From a virus (taxonomy: Duplodnaviria; Caudoviricetes), in IMG/VR virus record IMGVR_UViG_3300035128_000038, positions 1 to 62,785 of that record: a stretch of 62,785 bases of DNA, one strand, 5' to 3'. The position numbers and the translations under genes were made by a program. Each line of letters starts with the position of its first letter. Position 1 is the stretch's first letter. Under the pieces are notes generated by a model. It had not been told where the DNA came from. It saw nothing but the letters and a program-made list of their open reading frames with translations, and made no database searches. Of this stretch, positions 7,131 through 15,954 are shown piece after piece.

Positions 7131-7350
7131 GGGAGAGCGGCCTGGCGGGAACCAGGTGCTCCTGGGCAAAGGTGACACAGTGATAGGGGACACTCAGCGG
7201 AACGACCGCAGGATAGAGCTTAATCGGATGCCCGTGCAGGTATCTAAGCGAAGCCAGCCCCTTGATACGCTTAGGGCTCCAAAAGGAGACTGTGATAATT
7301 CCTGTTTTTTAAGTCACCCAAGTCGGTATCGAATCCGGCCTCTCCCACCA
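7131..7350 (+). ncRNA. ~220-nt tRNA-like structured RNA of unknown family
   Basis: GGGAGAG/CTCTCCC acceptor stem plus ACCA end; T-arm-like GTCGG-TATCGAAT-CCGGC; D-arm-like CCTGG-CGGGAA-CCAGG; GGTGAC/GTCACC stem enclosing a multi-hairpin insert; intergenic. Confidence 0.7.
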
Positions 7351-7373
7351 ATTTGCGGAAAGGATGGTGGACG

Positions 7374-7622
7374 TTGGCTAAGTTTACGCCGGGGTCATGG
7401 TGGATTGAAAAGTCCCATAAGAGCTATAATCTATTTATTGATGCTGCAAATAGGGGTATTTGTCAGTTAATTGGTAAGGCTAATTCTGAAAGAGAGGCCA
7501 ACGCCCACCTCATAGCAGCAGCACCGGAGATGTATGAGCTTCTTAAACAATTATCGGTAGCAAGCACCTTAGAGCTTCGTAAAAAGGCTACTGATTTAAT
7601 CAAAAACCTTGACCTCGAATAG
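7374..7622 (+). CDS. Conserved phage early protein (TPGxW...ANAxLIAAAPE family); start uncertain
   Basis: KFTPGSW and EANAHLIAAAPEMYELL motifs. Confidence 0.75.
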   Translation: MAKFTPGSWWIEKSHKSYNLFIDAANRGICQLIGKANSEREANAHLIAAAPEMYELLKQLSVASTLELRKKATDLIKNLDLE

Positions 7623-7721
7623 CCCTAAATCCCTCCCTTGGAGGTAATAGGGATGGTTTAATGATAAGACCGGCGGGCGGGGGCCACGGGGCTTTGCGGG
7701 GTGGCGAGGGAGGAGAAAAAT

Positions 7722-8027
7722 ATGGATTTTATCATGGATTTTATCACAGAAGTACTAATACCAATTGCGATTGTGTTAATCATTTTTCTACTCGTGTTAG
7801 CCCCTTTTGCTAGGATGTCAACTATGTCCATTACCGCTGAACGTGATGCATTGCAAGATTCTCTAAATGTGGCACGGGAAGCCGGTGATAAACTTGAATT
7901 AGCTGCCGTGACGAACACTGTTGCTAATTTCAACAAAGAACTTGCAAATCAGCAATACTATGCTTCTTTGCCAATAATTGGCTGGTATTACTCAAGCAAT
8001 GTTTTAAAAACAGAGCCAGTAAGATAA
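7722..8027 (+). CDS. Membrane-anchored hypothetical protein
   Basis: GGAGGAG RBS before ATG 7722; N-terminal hydrophobic helix VLIPIAIVLIIFLLVLAPF. Confidence 0.7.
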   Translation: MDFIMDFITEVLIPIAIVLIIFLLVLAPFARMSTMSITAERDALQDSLNVAREAGDKLELAAVTNTVANFNKELANQQYYASLPIIGWYYSSNVLKTEPVR

Positions 8028-8057
8028 AGGCTTCGGCGGGCCGGGATGGAGGTTAGA

Positions 8058-8258
8058 ATGAAAGACGACATCAACAGAGACATCGACGTGGCGCAGAGAT
8101 TGCTTGCCCAGGTGGAAAATATCTTTGCCAGACGCAAGTGGTATATAGGGGGAACCCCTCGGGAAATGGCTTACCATCTGGAGAGTTACCGCCCGAAACA
8201 GAAGTGGCACCGCAACATGGCGGAATATGCCAAGGAGAGGTTGGGGGTGGGGGGATGA
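8058..8258 (+). CDS. Hypothetical protein
   Basis: GGAGG RBS; ATGA coupling with the next gene. Confidence 0.6.
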   Translation: MKDDINRDIDVAQRLLAQVENIFARRKWYIGGTPREMAYHLESYRPKQKWHRNMAEYAKERLGVGG

Positions 8259-8428
8259 GAGTTATGGCAACAGTAGTTTTTAATAAGGATACCGAGATAA
8301 GAGCGGCTAGCTCTCCTGGGTTGCTAGTTATAGGCAATGGTGATGTATATCTGCACGATTTAACCATGCCGGTTATCAGAAGAATGGAAGTTGCTCTTAA
8401 CGAAGTAAAAAAGGAATTATTGAAATGA
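8255..8428 (+). CDS. Hypothetical protein
   Basis: ATGA overlaps at both ends. Confidence 0.55.
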   Translation: MRVMATVVFNKDTEIRAASSPGLLVIGNGDVYLHDLTMPVIRRMEVALNEVKKELLK

Positions 8429-8514
8429 ATTACTTATATTTCCTTTTCATTTTCATCTTATATTTCGCCGCCCTGGTGATGGTGTGGCGGGCGCTGAGGG
8501 AGATTCTGGGATGA
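8425..8514 (+). CDS. 29-aa hydrophobic peptide (not in ORF track)
   Basis: MNYLYFLFIFILYFAALVMVWRALREILG; ATGA-coupled on both sides. Confidence 0.5.
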   Translation: MNYLYFLFIFILYFAALVMVWRALREILG

Positions 8515-8609
8515 AAACCCAACCCGGCACCGGCATCATCTACGCTTTCTTAATTTCTCTGGCGCTGTGGGCCGTGACTGCGGCGGTGGTTTGGGGGGTG
8601 TGGTGGTGA
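8511..8609 (+). CDS. 32-aa hydrophobic peptide (not in ORF track)
   Basis: MKTQPGTGIIYAFLISLALWAVTAAVVWGVWW; its stop overlaps the GTG of the nuclease. Confidence 0.5.
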   Translation: MKTQPGTGIIYAFLISLALWAVTAAVVWGVWW

Positions 8610-9388
8610 TTGAATTTATCTCTCAATCCATGGTTGGTCAATGGTATCGCTGCCCCCAGCAGTTTATGCGGCGGTGGATTAAGGGCGAAATTATCCCACC
8701 GGCCATCGCCGCAAGGCGGGGGTCGGGGGTTCACAAGGGCGCTGCCGTGAATCATTTGCAAAAGATTGCCTCTGGTGTTGACCTTCCGGTTGAGGACATT
8801 CAGGACGCCGCCAGAGATCATTACGTCCATTTGATTAAAGAAGAAGGGGTGTTTATCCCCAAGGAGCAAGTCAGCGAAAAGAATCAACTCCTGGCTAACG
8901 GATTGGATGCTACTGTACGACTAGCTAAACTTTACAGAATGAGCTTGGCACCCTGTATTCGTCCAGTTAAAGCAGAGGAACGCCTTGAAGTTGATGCTGG
9001 CCTGGGTATTCCTCTCCAGGGGACCATTGACGTTTTGACGGAAGATATGTGGTTGCCTGATTTAAAAACTGCCGACAAGAGCAAGGCTGCCGGCGAAGCC
9101 GACAACTCTCTACAGCTCACCTTTTATTCTGGTCTGGTAGCCGATTGCATTGGTGAATGGCCCAAACGGATAAGCCTTGAAATTCTCGTCAATACCAAGG
9201 AACCAAAACTGCAAAGCTTGGAGACAACCAGGACGGCTAATGATTTTGCTCAACTTATGGACCGTATCCAACTCATGTTGGCTCAAATCGAAACGGGGCT
9301 CTTTCCTCCATGTGATCCGTCCTCTTGGATATGTAGCTCCAAGTGGTGCGGCTATTGGAGAATGTGCAAATACGGGGGTAAAAGATGA
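8606..9388 (+). CDS. PD-(D/E)XK (RecB/Cas4-like) exonuclease
   Basis: SQS...CP, GSGVH, GTID...DLKT, QLTFY and C-terminal C....C.Y...C cluster. Confidence 0.85.
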   Translation: MIEFISQSMVGQWYRCPQQFMRRWIKGEIIPPAIAARRGSGVHKGAAVNHLQKIASGVDLPVEDIQDAARDHYVHLIKEEGVFIPKEQVSEKNQLLANGLDATVRLAKLYRMSLAPCIRPVKAEERLEVDAGLGIPLQGTIDVLTEDMWLPDLKTADKSKAAGEADNSLQLTFYSGLVADCIGEWPKRISLEILVNTKEPKLQSLETTRTANDFAQLMDRIQLMLAQIETGLFPPCDPSSWICSSKWCGYWRMCKYGGKR

Positions 9389-9600
9389 TTTGTCCGTTTA
9401 TCAGTTCAGGCGTTGACAAGCCGGGAATGGAAGATGGTTTTGTTCGGGAATGTGAAAAAGAAAACTGCGGCCTCTGGTCAACCAAACACTTAAAATGTTC
9501 CATTACCGCCTTGGCCGAAAATACTTCGTCTGTGGCGGTGGAAAATAGAGAACATGGTGATCATGTGCGGCCCCTATTTATTAAGGAAGCAAGGAGATAA
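9385..9600 (+). CDS. Cys-rich hypothetical protein
   Basis: CPF...C...C..W.....C pattern; ATGA coupling. Confidence 0.65.
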   Translation: MICPFISSGVDKPGMEDGFVRECEKENCGLWSTKHLKCSITALAENTSSVAVENREHGDHVRPLFIKEARR

Positions 9601-9602
9601 CC

Positions 9603-10796
9603 ATGGAAGCAAGTAACGAATTTGTGGCAGATTTTGGGGACGTTGATCCTTTCACGGGAGAGCAAGAAACCCAGATGATGATAACCTCTCCGGTCCCCTC
9701 GGCGCCGCTCATGCGGTCCCAAACACAGTATCACACGGCCATCCAGGTCCAAAAACCCAGGGATCTGGATAAGGTTGTCGCCGCCGTACTCCGTGAGGCT
9801 GAGTTTGCCGGTGATGCCTTTTATTATTCCTGGCCGGTCAATGGTGGGAAGAAAAAGGTGGAAGGTGGCTCCATCGGCCTGGCCATGGCCGTGGCCCGGG
9901 AGTGGGGGAACTGTGCTGTCCCGGTAGAGTATTATGAGACACCCTTAGAATGGATATTCACCGCCCATTTTGTGGACTTGGAACGTGGCTTCACTGTGTC
10001 TCGGGTGTTCAGGAAGAAAAAGGGTCGGGGTTCCATTGGGGGTAAATATTCCAATGAGCGCGCCGAAGATATGACCTTCCAGGCGGCGCAGAGCCGAGCC
10101 ATCCGCAACGTGGTTCTGGCCGGTGTCCCCCGGTGGCTCACCGAACAGGCTAAGGACAGGGCCAAAGATGCGGTACTCAAGGGCATCTCGCGTGAGGGTA
10201 TTGCAGTAGCCATCGAAAAAGCCCTTAAATTCCTGGCTGGTTGGGGCGTGACTGAGCCCCAGGTGGTCCAGGCCATAGGGAAAAAACGGTCTGAATGGGG
10301 GACCGAAGATATTGCCAATCTTCGTGGGATGGCCTCCCAACTCAAGGACGGACAGGCTACTGCTGAAAGTCTATTCCCGCCGGTTGAAACCGGAAAGCCC
10401 TCGGAAGAAAAAGAATCCGAAAAGAAGCCCCGCAAGACCCGCTCCGACGCCGGCAAACCCAGAAAGCCCCCCGAACCGACCTCACCAGAGCCCCAGGAAG
10501 CCCCCGAAAATTCCAAACCCGACCCATGGCCCTTGCAAAACGGGAACGCCGCCTCAGCGTCGGGGACGCAGGGGGAGGACAACGGAAATCCCGGCAACCC
10601 CACCCCCGATCCGGCCACTGAGAAGCAGGTTGGGTGGATTCGTGATTTGGCTGCGGTGAAGGGAAAAACCGAATCTCAAATCTGCCAGGAATACGACCTT
10701 CACGGCTTGGTGGACGATGAGGGGAACGTTTTGGTGGACAAAGAGCAAGCCGCCAATATTTTGGCGTCGCTCAGGAGCTTGCCGAACAAGGCTTAA
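9603..10796 (+). CDS. Phage protein, probable recombination/annealing partner of the nuclease
   Basis: PRD...AFYYSWP...EGGSIGLAMAVAREWGN...SRAIRNVVL core with a disordered C-terminal linker; function inferred from position only. Confidence 0.55.
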   Translation: MEASNEFVADFGDVDPFTGEQETQMMITSPVPSAPLMRSQTQYHTAIQVQKPRDLDKVVAAVLREAEFAGDAFYYSWPVNGGKKKVEGGSIGLAMAVAREWGNCAVPVEYYETPLEWIFTAHFVDLERGFTVSRVFRKKKGRGSIGGKYSNERAEDMTFQAAQSRAIRNVVLAGVPRWLTEQAKDRAKDAVLKGISREGIAVAIEKALKFLAGWGVTEPQVVQAIGKKRSEWGTEDIANLRGMASQLKDGQATAESLFPPVETGKPSEEKESEKKPRKTRSDAGKPRKPPEPTSPEPQEAPENSKPDPWPLQNGNAASASGTQGEDNGNPGNPTPDPATEKQVGWIRDLAAVKGKTESQICQEYDLHGLVDDEGNVLVDKEQAANILASLRSLPNKA

Positions 10797-10810
10797 TCAG
10801 CGAAGGAGGA

Positions 10811-11029
10811 ATGATGCCGGTTGATATAAAATATATTGATGAGTGTATTTTTGAGGCTAGGAGATTTATGGATAAAGCCGTAGCTTGTCGGACTAATTTA
10901 GCTATGGCAAACGGCACGGTTCATGAAACACCAGAAAATAAAGTCTGGCCTGACAAGCGCCTCACCGCCGCGGTCCGCCGCTCAAGCATGGACCTCACAC
11001 GAGCCCTTGCAGATTTGAGACGGAGTTAA
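10811..11029 (+). CDS. Conserved phage hypothetical protein
   Basis: EARRF...AAVRRSSMDLTRALADLRR; AGGAGG RBS. Confidence 0.7.
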   Translation: MMPVDIKYIDECIFEARRFMDKAVACRTNLAMANGTVHETPENKVWPDKRLTAAVRRSSMDLTRALADLRRS

Positions 11030-11056
11030 TCGACCTCCCTCCTTTCCTAACCTTAG

Positions 11057-11093
11057 CCCCCGGTCAGGATGCCGCCCCTGGCCGGGGTTTTTT
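11057..11093 (+). terminator. Intrinsic terminator ending the early operon
   Basis: CCCCGGTCAGG/CCTGGCCGGGG stem plus T6, between convergent genes. Confidence 0.8.
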
Positions 11094-13293
11094 AATGCCT
11101 CCAGCCTGGAAAGTTACCTGGGCTGCGGCGAAGGTTTGGAGTGAGACCGCCGCCGCCGCCGCCTGGGTCAAAATCCCAACCAGTATTTCCGGTTCCATCA
11201 ACATTCCCATTCTTTGTTGAGGCTATCCAATCAGCCCCGCCAGAGGCATCGCTGTCGGTGATGGTGCAATAGGATACCGAATTTTCACCAGCATCATCAT
11301 CCAGATCGCCCACGATATTGATTGTATAATCGGCTGTCCCATCGGCAGAAAAACTTGTGCAGGTGGTCGAGGTGGCCGTGGGGAACGTCACATCGGAATA
11401 ATTATAAGTTGCATCAGGGGTCTCCAAGGTAATCGCCCCGAAGGTATCGTCTCCGGTTATAATGGCATCATAATCCCCGGCGTGTTTCTTGATGTCCAAG
11501 TCGCCATAGGTTTTCCCGGCTCCGGCAAAGGTCACATCGCCGCTATAAGTGAGAGTGCTATCACCTATCTGAATGTCTGGGGCATTTGATATAGTCAGAC
11601 CATCTCCGTCAAACAGAGTGCCAGTTAATCCAGTTAGGATTAGACTTCCGCCGCCGACGGTATCTTGCAGGGTAAATCCTGATGTGTTGGTAGTAGAAGC
11701 AGCGGTTAAACTATGTCCATTTAAGTCAAGTGTCCCGGCAGTCAAATTACAGGCATAGGACGTATTGATCGACAAATCATCACCCAATAATACCGAATTG
11801 CCATACGATTGTATTGTCCAGTTTGACCCCCATGTACTCCCTGACTTTGGAGTGAGAGTTATATCGCCTATTGTTGCATCAATAATATTTGTGAAGGAAA
11901 CATTATCAACAGACATATTCCCTGAGCAACTAAAATTGAGACTGCCATAAATGGTTGAGCCGGTAAATTTAAAAAGCTGTGCTCCAGAACCAGTGTAACC
12001 AGACGCATTAATAGATGGCGACCTTAAATTATAACCAATACTACTACCACAATATATCCATCTATCATTATATGATGTTGAATTAAAACTATCATCATCA
12101 ATTATGGCAGTATCTTGAGGTAATGGATAATAATCAAGACTGACTGCCGCCAATCTGGCAGTATAATTAGCATAAGCGGCATCAGCCCAATGGTTACCAC
12201 CCCAACTATTAACGCCGTAGGTGAGTCCTGCCATATAAACGGTTTTAGGAGAGGTCGTTCCAGCGCCGGTGTTATTACCACAATCACCTACCCTCGTATT
12301 GGTTGTGTTTGGAGTCCCGGTAACTGTAATATCCTTGAGGTCAACGTCGGTCAAAGTAAGGTCAGCGCCAGACATCGCTATAGTTCTGGCTGTTCCTGGG
12401 GTGTCAGAACAAATTAGTACCCTTTTGACTTGACTTTCGCTTGAGGCTGTAAAAGCATCTGTAACCGTTTGATTATCGTATAATACTAAATTACCTGGAT
12501 TAGTATAACTATCATAACCGTTAAAGGTAATTGACTTCCAAGTGCTTGCGCCAGATAAGGCTGGTGTGCCACCAGCGCATTGATAAATTACTAAACTTGC
12601 TCCATTCCAATCAACTCCCTTAGTATAATAGGTTTTGTTTGCTGTATCTGGATTAATTGTTATCGTGGCAGTATTTGCTGACACAGTTAAAGAAGTTAAA
12701 GAATCAAAGTCAAATACAGATTTTATTGTTATATCACTTGATCCCAAAGCGAGTGTTACAGTTCCTCCAGCTTCATGGTCCCAAAAAACGTCAGTTGTCA
12801 GATCAAAATTATTTGTGTTAAACGTGCTGGATGTACCGGCAATAAAAAACGCAACACAATCAGTTATATCTGAGGCCAGATTAATGGTTATATTATTAGA
12901 ACCACCAAACTCAGGAAACGTAATCGCATCACCTGCTGATACGGTCATCGTCCCATTATCAGGACAAATTATGGAATTATTAGTCCCTCCAACTGTAACC
13001 CCGTTAGGAATAAATACAGTGCCGCTTGTAGTAATGCGATAATTTATGGTTAAGGTGCCAGTATAATCTGTTAGATCAAACCCTGATAGTTCAGCCGTAT
13101 ATTCATTAACTGTCAGGTTGCCGCTTGTGGCTGTAGCCTCAATATTATCCCCTTCAACCGGTACGGCACCTTCAACCCATGTAGAGGTACTATTCCAGTT
13201 CCCCCCGGCATCGGATATGGTTCGGGTGGCACCCCACGCCACCCCTGCCAGGAGCAAGAGCAGAATCACCGTCAATGCAAAGATTCGTTTCAT
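11092..13293 (-). CDS. Thr/Gly/Asn-rich beta-solenoid protein with signal peptide (fibre/adhesin-like)
   Basis: MKRIFALTVILLLLLAGVAWGA N-terminus; GGNWNSTSTW...VP..GD and GTLDLNG motifs. Confidence 0.7.
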   Translation of the reverse strand: MKRIFALTVILLLLLAGVAWGATRTISDAGGNWNSTSTWVEGAVPVEGDNIEATATSGNLTVNEYTAELSGFDLTDYTGTLTINYRITTSGTVFIPNGVTVGGTNNSIICPDNGTMTVSAGDAITFPEFGGSNNITINLASDITDCVAFFIAGTSSTFNTNNFDLTTDVFWDHEAGGTVTLALGSSDITIKSVFDFDSLTSLTVSANTATITINPDTANKTYYTKGVDWNGASLVIYQCAGGTPALSGASTWKSITFNGYDSYTNPGNLVLYDNQTVTDAFTASSESQVKRVLICSDTPGTARTIAMSGADLTLTDVDLKDITVTGTPNTTNTRVGDCGNNTGAGTTSPKTVYMAGLTYGVNSWGGNHWADAAYANYTARLAAVSLDYYPLPQDTAIIDDDSFNSTSYNDRWIYCGSSIGYNLRSPSINASGYTGSGAQLFKFTGSTIYGSLNFSCSGNMSVDNVSFTNIIDATIGDITLTPKSGSTWGSNWTIQSYGNSVLLGDDLSINTSYACNLTAGTLDLNGHSLTAASTTNTSGFTLQDTVGGGSLILTGLTGTLFDGDGLTISNAPDIQIGDSTLTYSGDVTFAGAGKTYGDLDIKKHAGDYDAIITGDDTFGAITLETPDATYNYSDVTFPTATSTTCTSFSADGTADYTINIVGDLDDDAGENSVSYCTITDSDASGGADWIASTKNGNVDGTGNTGWDFDPGGGGGGLTPNLRRSPGNFPGWRH

Positions 13294-13475
13294 CACTCAT
13301 CCCTCAAAAAAGGTGTAACCCATGCCTTCCTCGAATCAGGCGCCGCCCGCACCAGCCGGGGAGCGGGGCCGTCGGCCACTACTCCTACTAACTGGCGGCA
13401 AGTATCGCAGAGAAATTCCAATTCTCTCAGCTTTTTCTCGGACACTTCACTGGCGCAGAAGGGGCATTTGAACAT
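13293..13475 (-). CDS. Small zinc-ribbon protein
   Basis: CPFC...CDTC. Confidence 0.55.
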   Translation of the reverse strand: MFKCPFCASEVSEKKLRELEFLCDTCRQLVGVVADGPAPRLVRAAPDSRKAWVTPFLRDE

Positions 13476-13619
13476 TAGCCTTCGTCCTCTTCTTCAAGCA
13501 TAGCTGCTTCCTTTTTGATAAATCGACCCCATGCCAGGGCGTGCACTCCCACGGGCAGCATGAGGCGGGAGGGGCTGCACGCCAACTCCCTTTTACCAAC
13601 CCCGCTTTGGTCCGTACAG

Positions 13620-14093
13620 CTACTCAATCAAATTATCCCAAACGTTTTGTCCGGTAATGTCGTGATAAATATTCTGGGCCAGGCTTGCCAGAATTTCCCG
13701 ATCACAAGCCGTCAACTCGCTATCCGAGAAATAATCTTTGGCTTTATCCAGCAAGTCAGAGACAAAGGGTACATAGCTGGTTACCGGATCCAGGGCCGCA
13801 ATCAAGGTCTGAATGAACTGCCGGGGCATCTGCTTCTGTAGAGCTTGGTAAGCAAGCGGGACCGCTGTAAGCACCATCGACTTGACCGAGGCCGACACTC
13901 CAGATATACCCACAATTGCAAGGCGGATAGAACCGACTCCATACGGGACAAATCCGGGAATTTGGTAACTGATTGCACCCTCACACCCAGCCGGAGGCGT
14001 GGTTTGAAGGCTACCTCGACAACCAGAGAAGGCCACACCGCTAGCCAATAAGGCTACAACCACAACAAGGACAAAACCTTTTTTCACACTCAT
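13620..14093 (-). CDS. Lipoprotein in the lysis region
   Basis: MSVKKGFVLVVVVALLASGVAFSG-C lipobox; AGGAG RBS before ATG 14093. Confidence 0.7.
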   Translation of the reverse strand: MSVKKGFVLVVVVALLASGVAFSGCRGSLQTTPPAGCEGAISYQIPGFVPYGVGSIRLAIVGISGVSASVKSMVLTAVPLAYQALQKQMPRQFIQTLIAALDPVTSYVPFVSDLLDKAKDYFSDSELTACDREILASLAQNIYHDITGQNVWDNLIE

Positions 14094-14256
14094 GCTTTTT
14101 CTCCTGTTTTTCATATTCAACTATCCATCTCAAGCCATGATAATAGCCTGGGCGAATAATATCAAAGCCATCTTCTTTAAATAGGTGATTTAATTGACGC
14201 ATCAGTTTATCGTCAATGTGAGTCATGCTAACTTTTACCCAATTACTTTTCATCAT
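14041..14256 (-). CDS. Hypothetical protein
   Basis: ORF in operon orientation. Confidence 0.4.
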   Translation of the reverse strand: MMKSNWVKVSMTHIDDKLMRQLNHLFKEDGFDIIRPGYYHGLRWIVEYEKQEKKHECEKRFCPCCGCSLIG

Positions 14257-14331
14257 CTTTTCCTTAAAATGCCCCGTTTTTGCCTGTGGCCTTTAGGCTC
14301 GGGTCGGGGCCACACCCGAAACAAAGTTTTT

Positions 14332-14484
14332 TCATTGCACCCAATTAGGATTAATGCTTCCCAAGAGAAAATAGATAAAAGCAGCTACTCCTCCTAAGAA
14401 AGTTATTATTGCCCCTATCAGGAAAGTTAAACTGCGTCGTTCCCAAGGCCAGATTATCCATTTAGGTTTGCCAAAGAGATTCAT
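14332..14484 (-). CDS. 50-aa membrane protein (not in ORF track)
   Basis: MNLFGKPKWIIWPWERRSLTFLIGAIITFLGGVAAFIYFLLGSINPNWVQ; ATGA-coupled to the EEP gene. Confidence 0.5.
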   Translation of the reverse strand: MNLFGKPKWIIWPWERRSLTFLIGAIITFLGGVAAFIYFLLGSINPNWVQ

Positions 14485-15113
14485 ATCTCTACCAACACCC
14501 CCCGGTGAACATAGCTACCATCCGCCCGCCTATCCGATGCATCAGGCAATACCACCCGGAAATAATCTCTCAATGGATCACGCTGCTTACCCCTTATCCA
14601 GATATGATCAGCGCCGTCAAAACCAAAAACCTTAAAACCTGCATTAAATAAAGGTCGGCAGTATTCATGGTAATAGGGGATATTAAAATCCCCTGCGATA
14701 ATCTCTATGCGGCTAACAGGTAACCTATCCATGAAAGCCAAAACTTCAGGCACTTCAAATTTCTGATCCGGCTGGGTGCTGCTGAGGTGGACGTTGACCG
14801 CCGTGACCCCATTAATCCAGCATCCCAAAGCAACCCGCCGCCAATCACCATAAGGAGAAGACAATTCTTGCTCTTTGGTTTGGTAGATAGGGGGCTTAGA
14901 TAAGATGCCTAATTTCCACCCGCCCCACCACCTTTTCTCCATCCTGACGGTGCGGACCTCCCAGCCCCTCGAGATATGCTTGATGGAGTCCCACCCGAAA
15001 AGCCCGATGCCCTCTTGATAAAAGCATAGGTCTGGATTTTCCTGCTCAAGAAAACGGCGCACTTTGCGAAAATCTCCAGCAAGGTGCCCCATGTTGAAAG
15101 TGAGGATTTTCAT
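14481..15113 (-). CDS. Endonuclease/exonuclease/phosphatase (EEP) family protein
   Basis: TFN, QE, NVHL, AGDFN, DHI and SD..H motifs. Confidence 0.85.
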   Translation of the reverse strand: MKILTFNMGHLAGDFRKVRRFLEQENPDLCFYQEGIGLFGWDSIKHISRGWEVRTVRMEKRWWGGWKLGILSKPPIYQTKEQELSSPYGDWRRVALGCWINGVTAVNVHLSSTQPDQKFEVPEVLAFMDRLPVSRIEIIAGDFNIPYYHEYCRPLFNAGFKVFGFDGADHIWIRGKQRDPLRDYFRVVLPDASDRRADGSYVHRGVLVEI

Positions 15114-15301
15114 TGCCCCTCTCTGTACTTCACGATCTTATGTCCCGCCCCGACCCCGAAAATAATTCCCGCCGCCGTGAACAAGAAATCTCCCAAGTGC
15201 GGCGACACCATGCTATCTGCCCTCAGGTAGGTAACAAAGGCAATGCACAGTCCCCCGATGATCATCTTTTTGCCGTTAAGCCAGTTCCAAAACTTGTCCA
15301 T
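15110..15301 (-). CDS. Putative holin
   Basis: 63 aa, two TM segments, LNGKK..IG and G.GHK motifs; follows the endolysin. Confidence 0.7.
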   Translation of the reverse strand: MDKFWNWLNGKKMIIGGLCIAFVTYLRADSMVSPHLGDFLFTAAGIIFGVGAGHKIVKYREGQ

Positions 15302-15302
15302 C

Positions 15303-15917
15303 CTACACCCCCATAACCATCTTGGTTTGTGGTCCTACTATCCCGTCAACTTTCAGGGCGTGGTAAGACTGAAACCGCCTTACCGCCCGGTCGGTCACCG
15401 GACCGAACACGCCGTCTGCCTCAATTCCCAAAGCCGCCTGGATTTTCTTGACCATCTCTCCCCGCATGTATGGGTTCGTGAGCCGGTATAAAACCGCCTC
15501 TTCCCGGTCCTGACTTGGGTTTGGAACCGCCTTGTCTAAGTGCCAGGGTTGCGTATTGTCATACTCCCCGCCCACGCTGATATGGCAATGATGATCGTGG
15601 GGGTTAGAGCCATGGTAAGGTATCCAGTTCGGGTGGCTCTTAGACCAAATTCGCCGGTTCCAAATCACATATTTGAGGGCAGGATGCCCCGAGGCCACAA
15701 TCCGCCGAGACAGGATGTTCATGTCGGCGTTATGAGTCGGGTCATGCGTGGCATCAAAGGCGCAGACCACGCCGTACTCGTTCGGGTTGTGATCTGATTT
15801 CCGGGCCCGGTGCGCTGAGTCCCCAATGGTGCCGTCCCAGGACTTATCCCGGTCGGGTGCCAAGTCGTTCAGTTCCCGGCGCAGCACCGCCAAACTCTGA
15901 GCAAGTCTCCAAGCCAT
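15303..15917 (-). CDS. Endolysin: putative Zn-peptidase domain plus peptidoglycan-binding domain
   Basis: SDHNP...AFD...HDHHCHIS; C-terminal ADGVFGPVT...FQ...VDGIVGPQT. Confidence 0.85.
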   Translation of the reverse strand: MAWRLAQSLAVLRRELNDLAPDRDKSWDGTIGDSAHRARKSDHNPNEYGVVCAFDATHDPTHNADMNILSRRIVASGHPALKYVIWNRRIWSKSHPNWIPYHGSNPHDHHCHISVGGEYDNTQPWHLDKAVPNPSQDREEAVLYRLTNPYMRGEMVKKIQAALGIEADGVFGPVTDRAVRRFQSYHALKVDGIVGPQTKMVMGV

Positions 15918-15954
15918 TATTTAAGTCTCCTTGGTTCCCAGCGGTAACATATCA

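Noticed and set aside
7131-7350. tmRNA or ordinary tRNA
   Set aside because: No G3:U70 pair, short for tmRNA, no tag frame recognised; far too long for a tRNA and no 7-nt anticodon loop
7129-7470. 113-aa plus-strand ORF over the tRNA-like element
   Set aside because: TTG start without RBS, no protein-like features, and it overlaps the conserved downstream gene out of frame
8606-9388. Cas4 as evidence of a CRISPR system
   Set aside because: Standalone PD-(D/E)XK nucleases of this type are common phage recombination genes; no other cas genes
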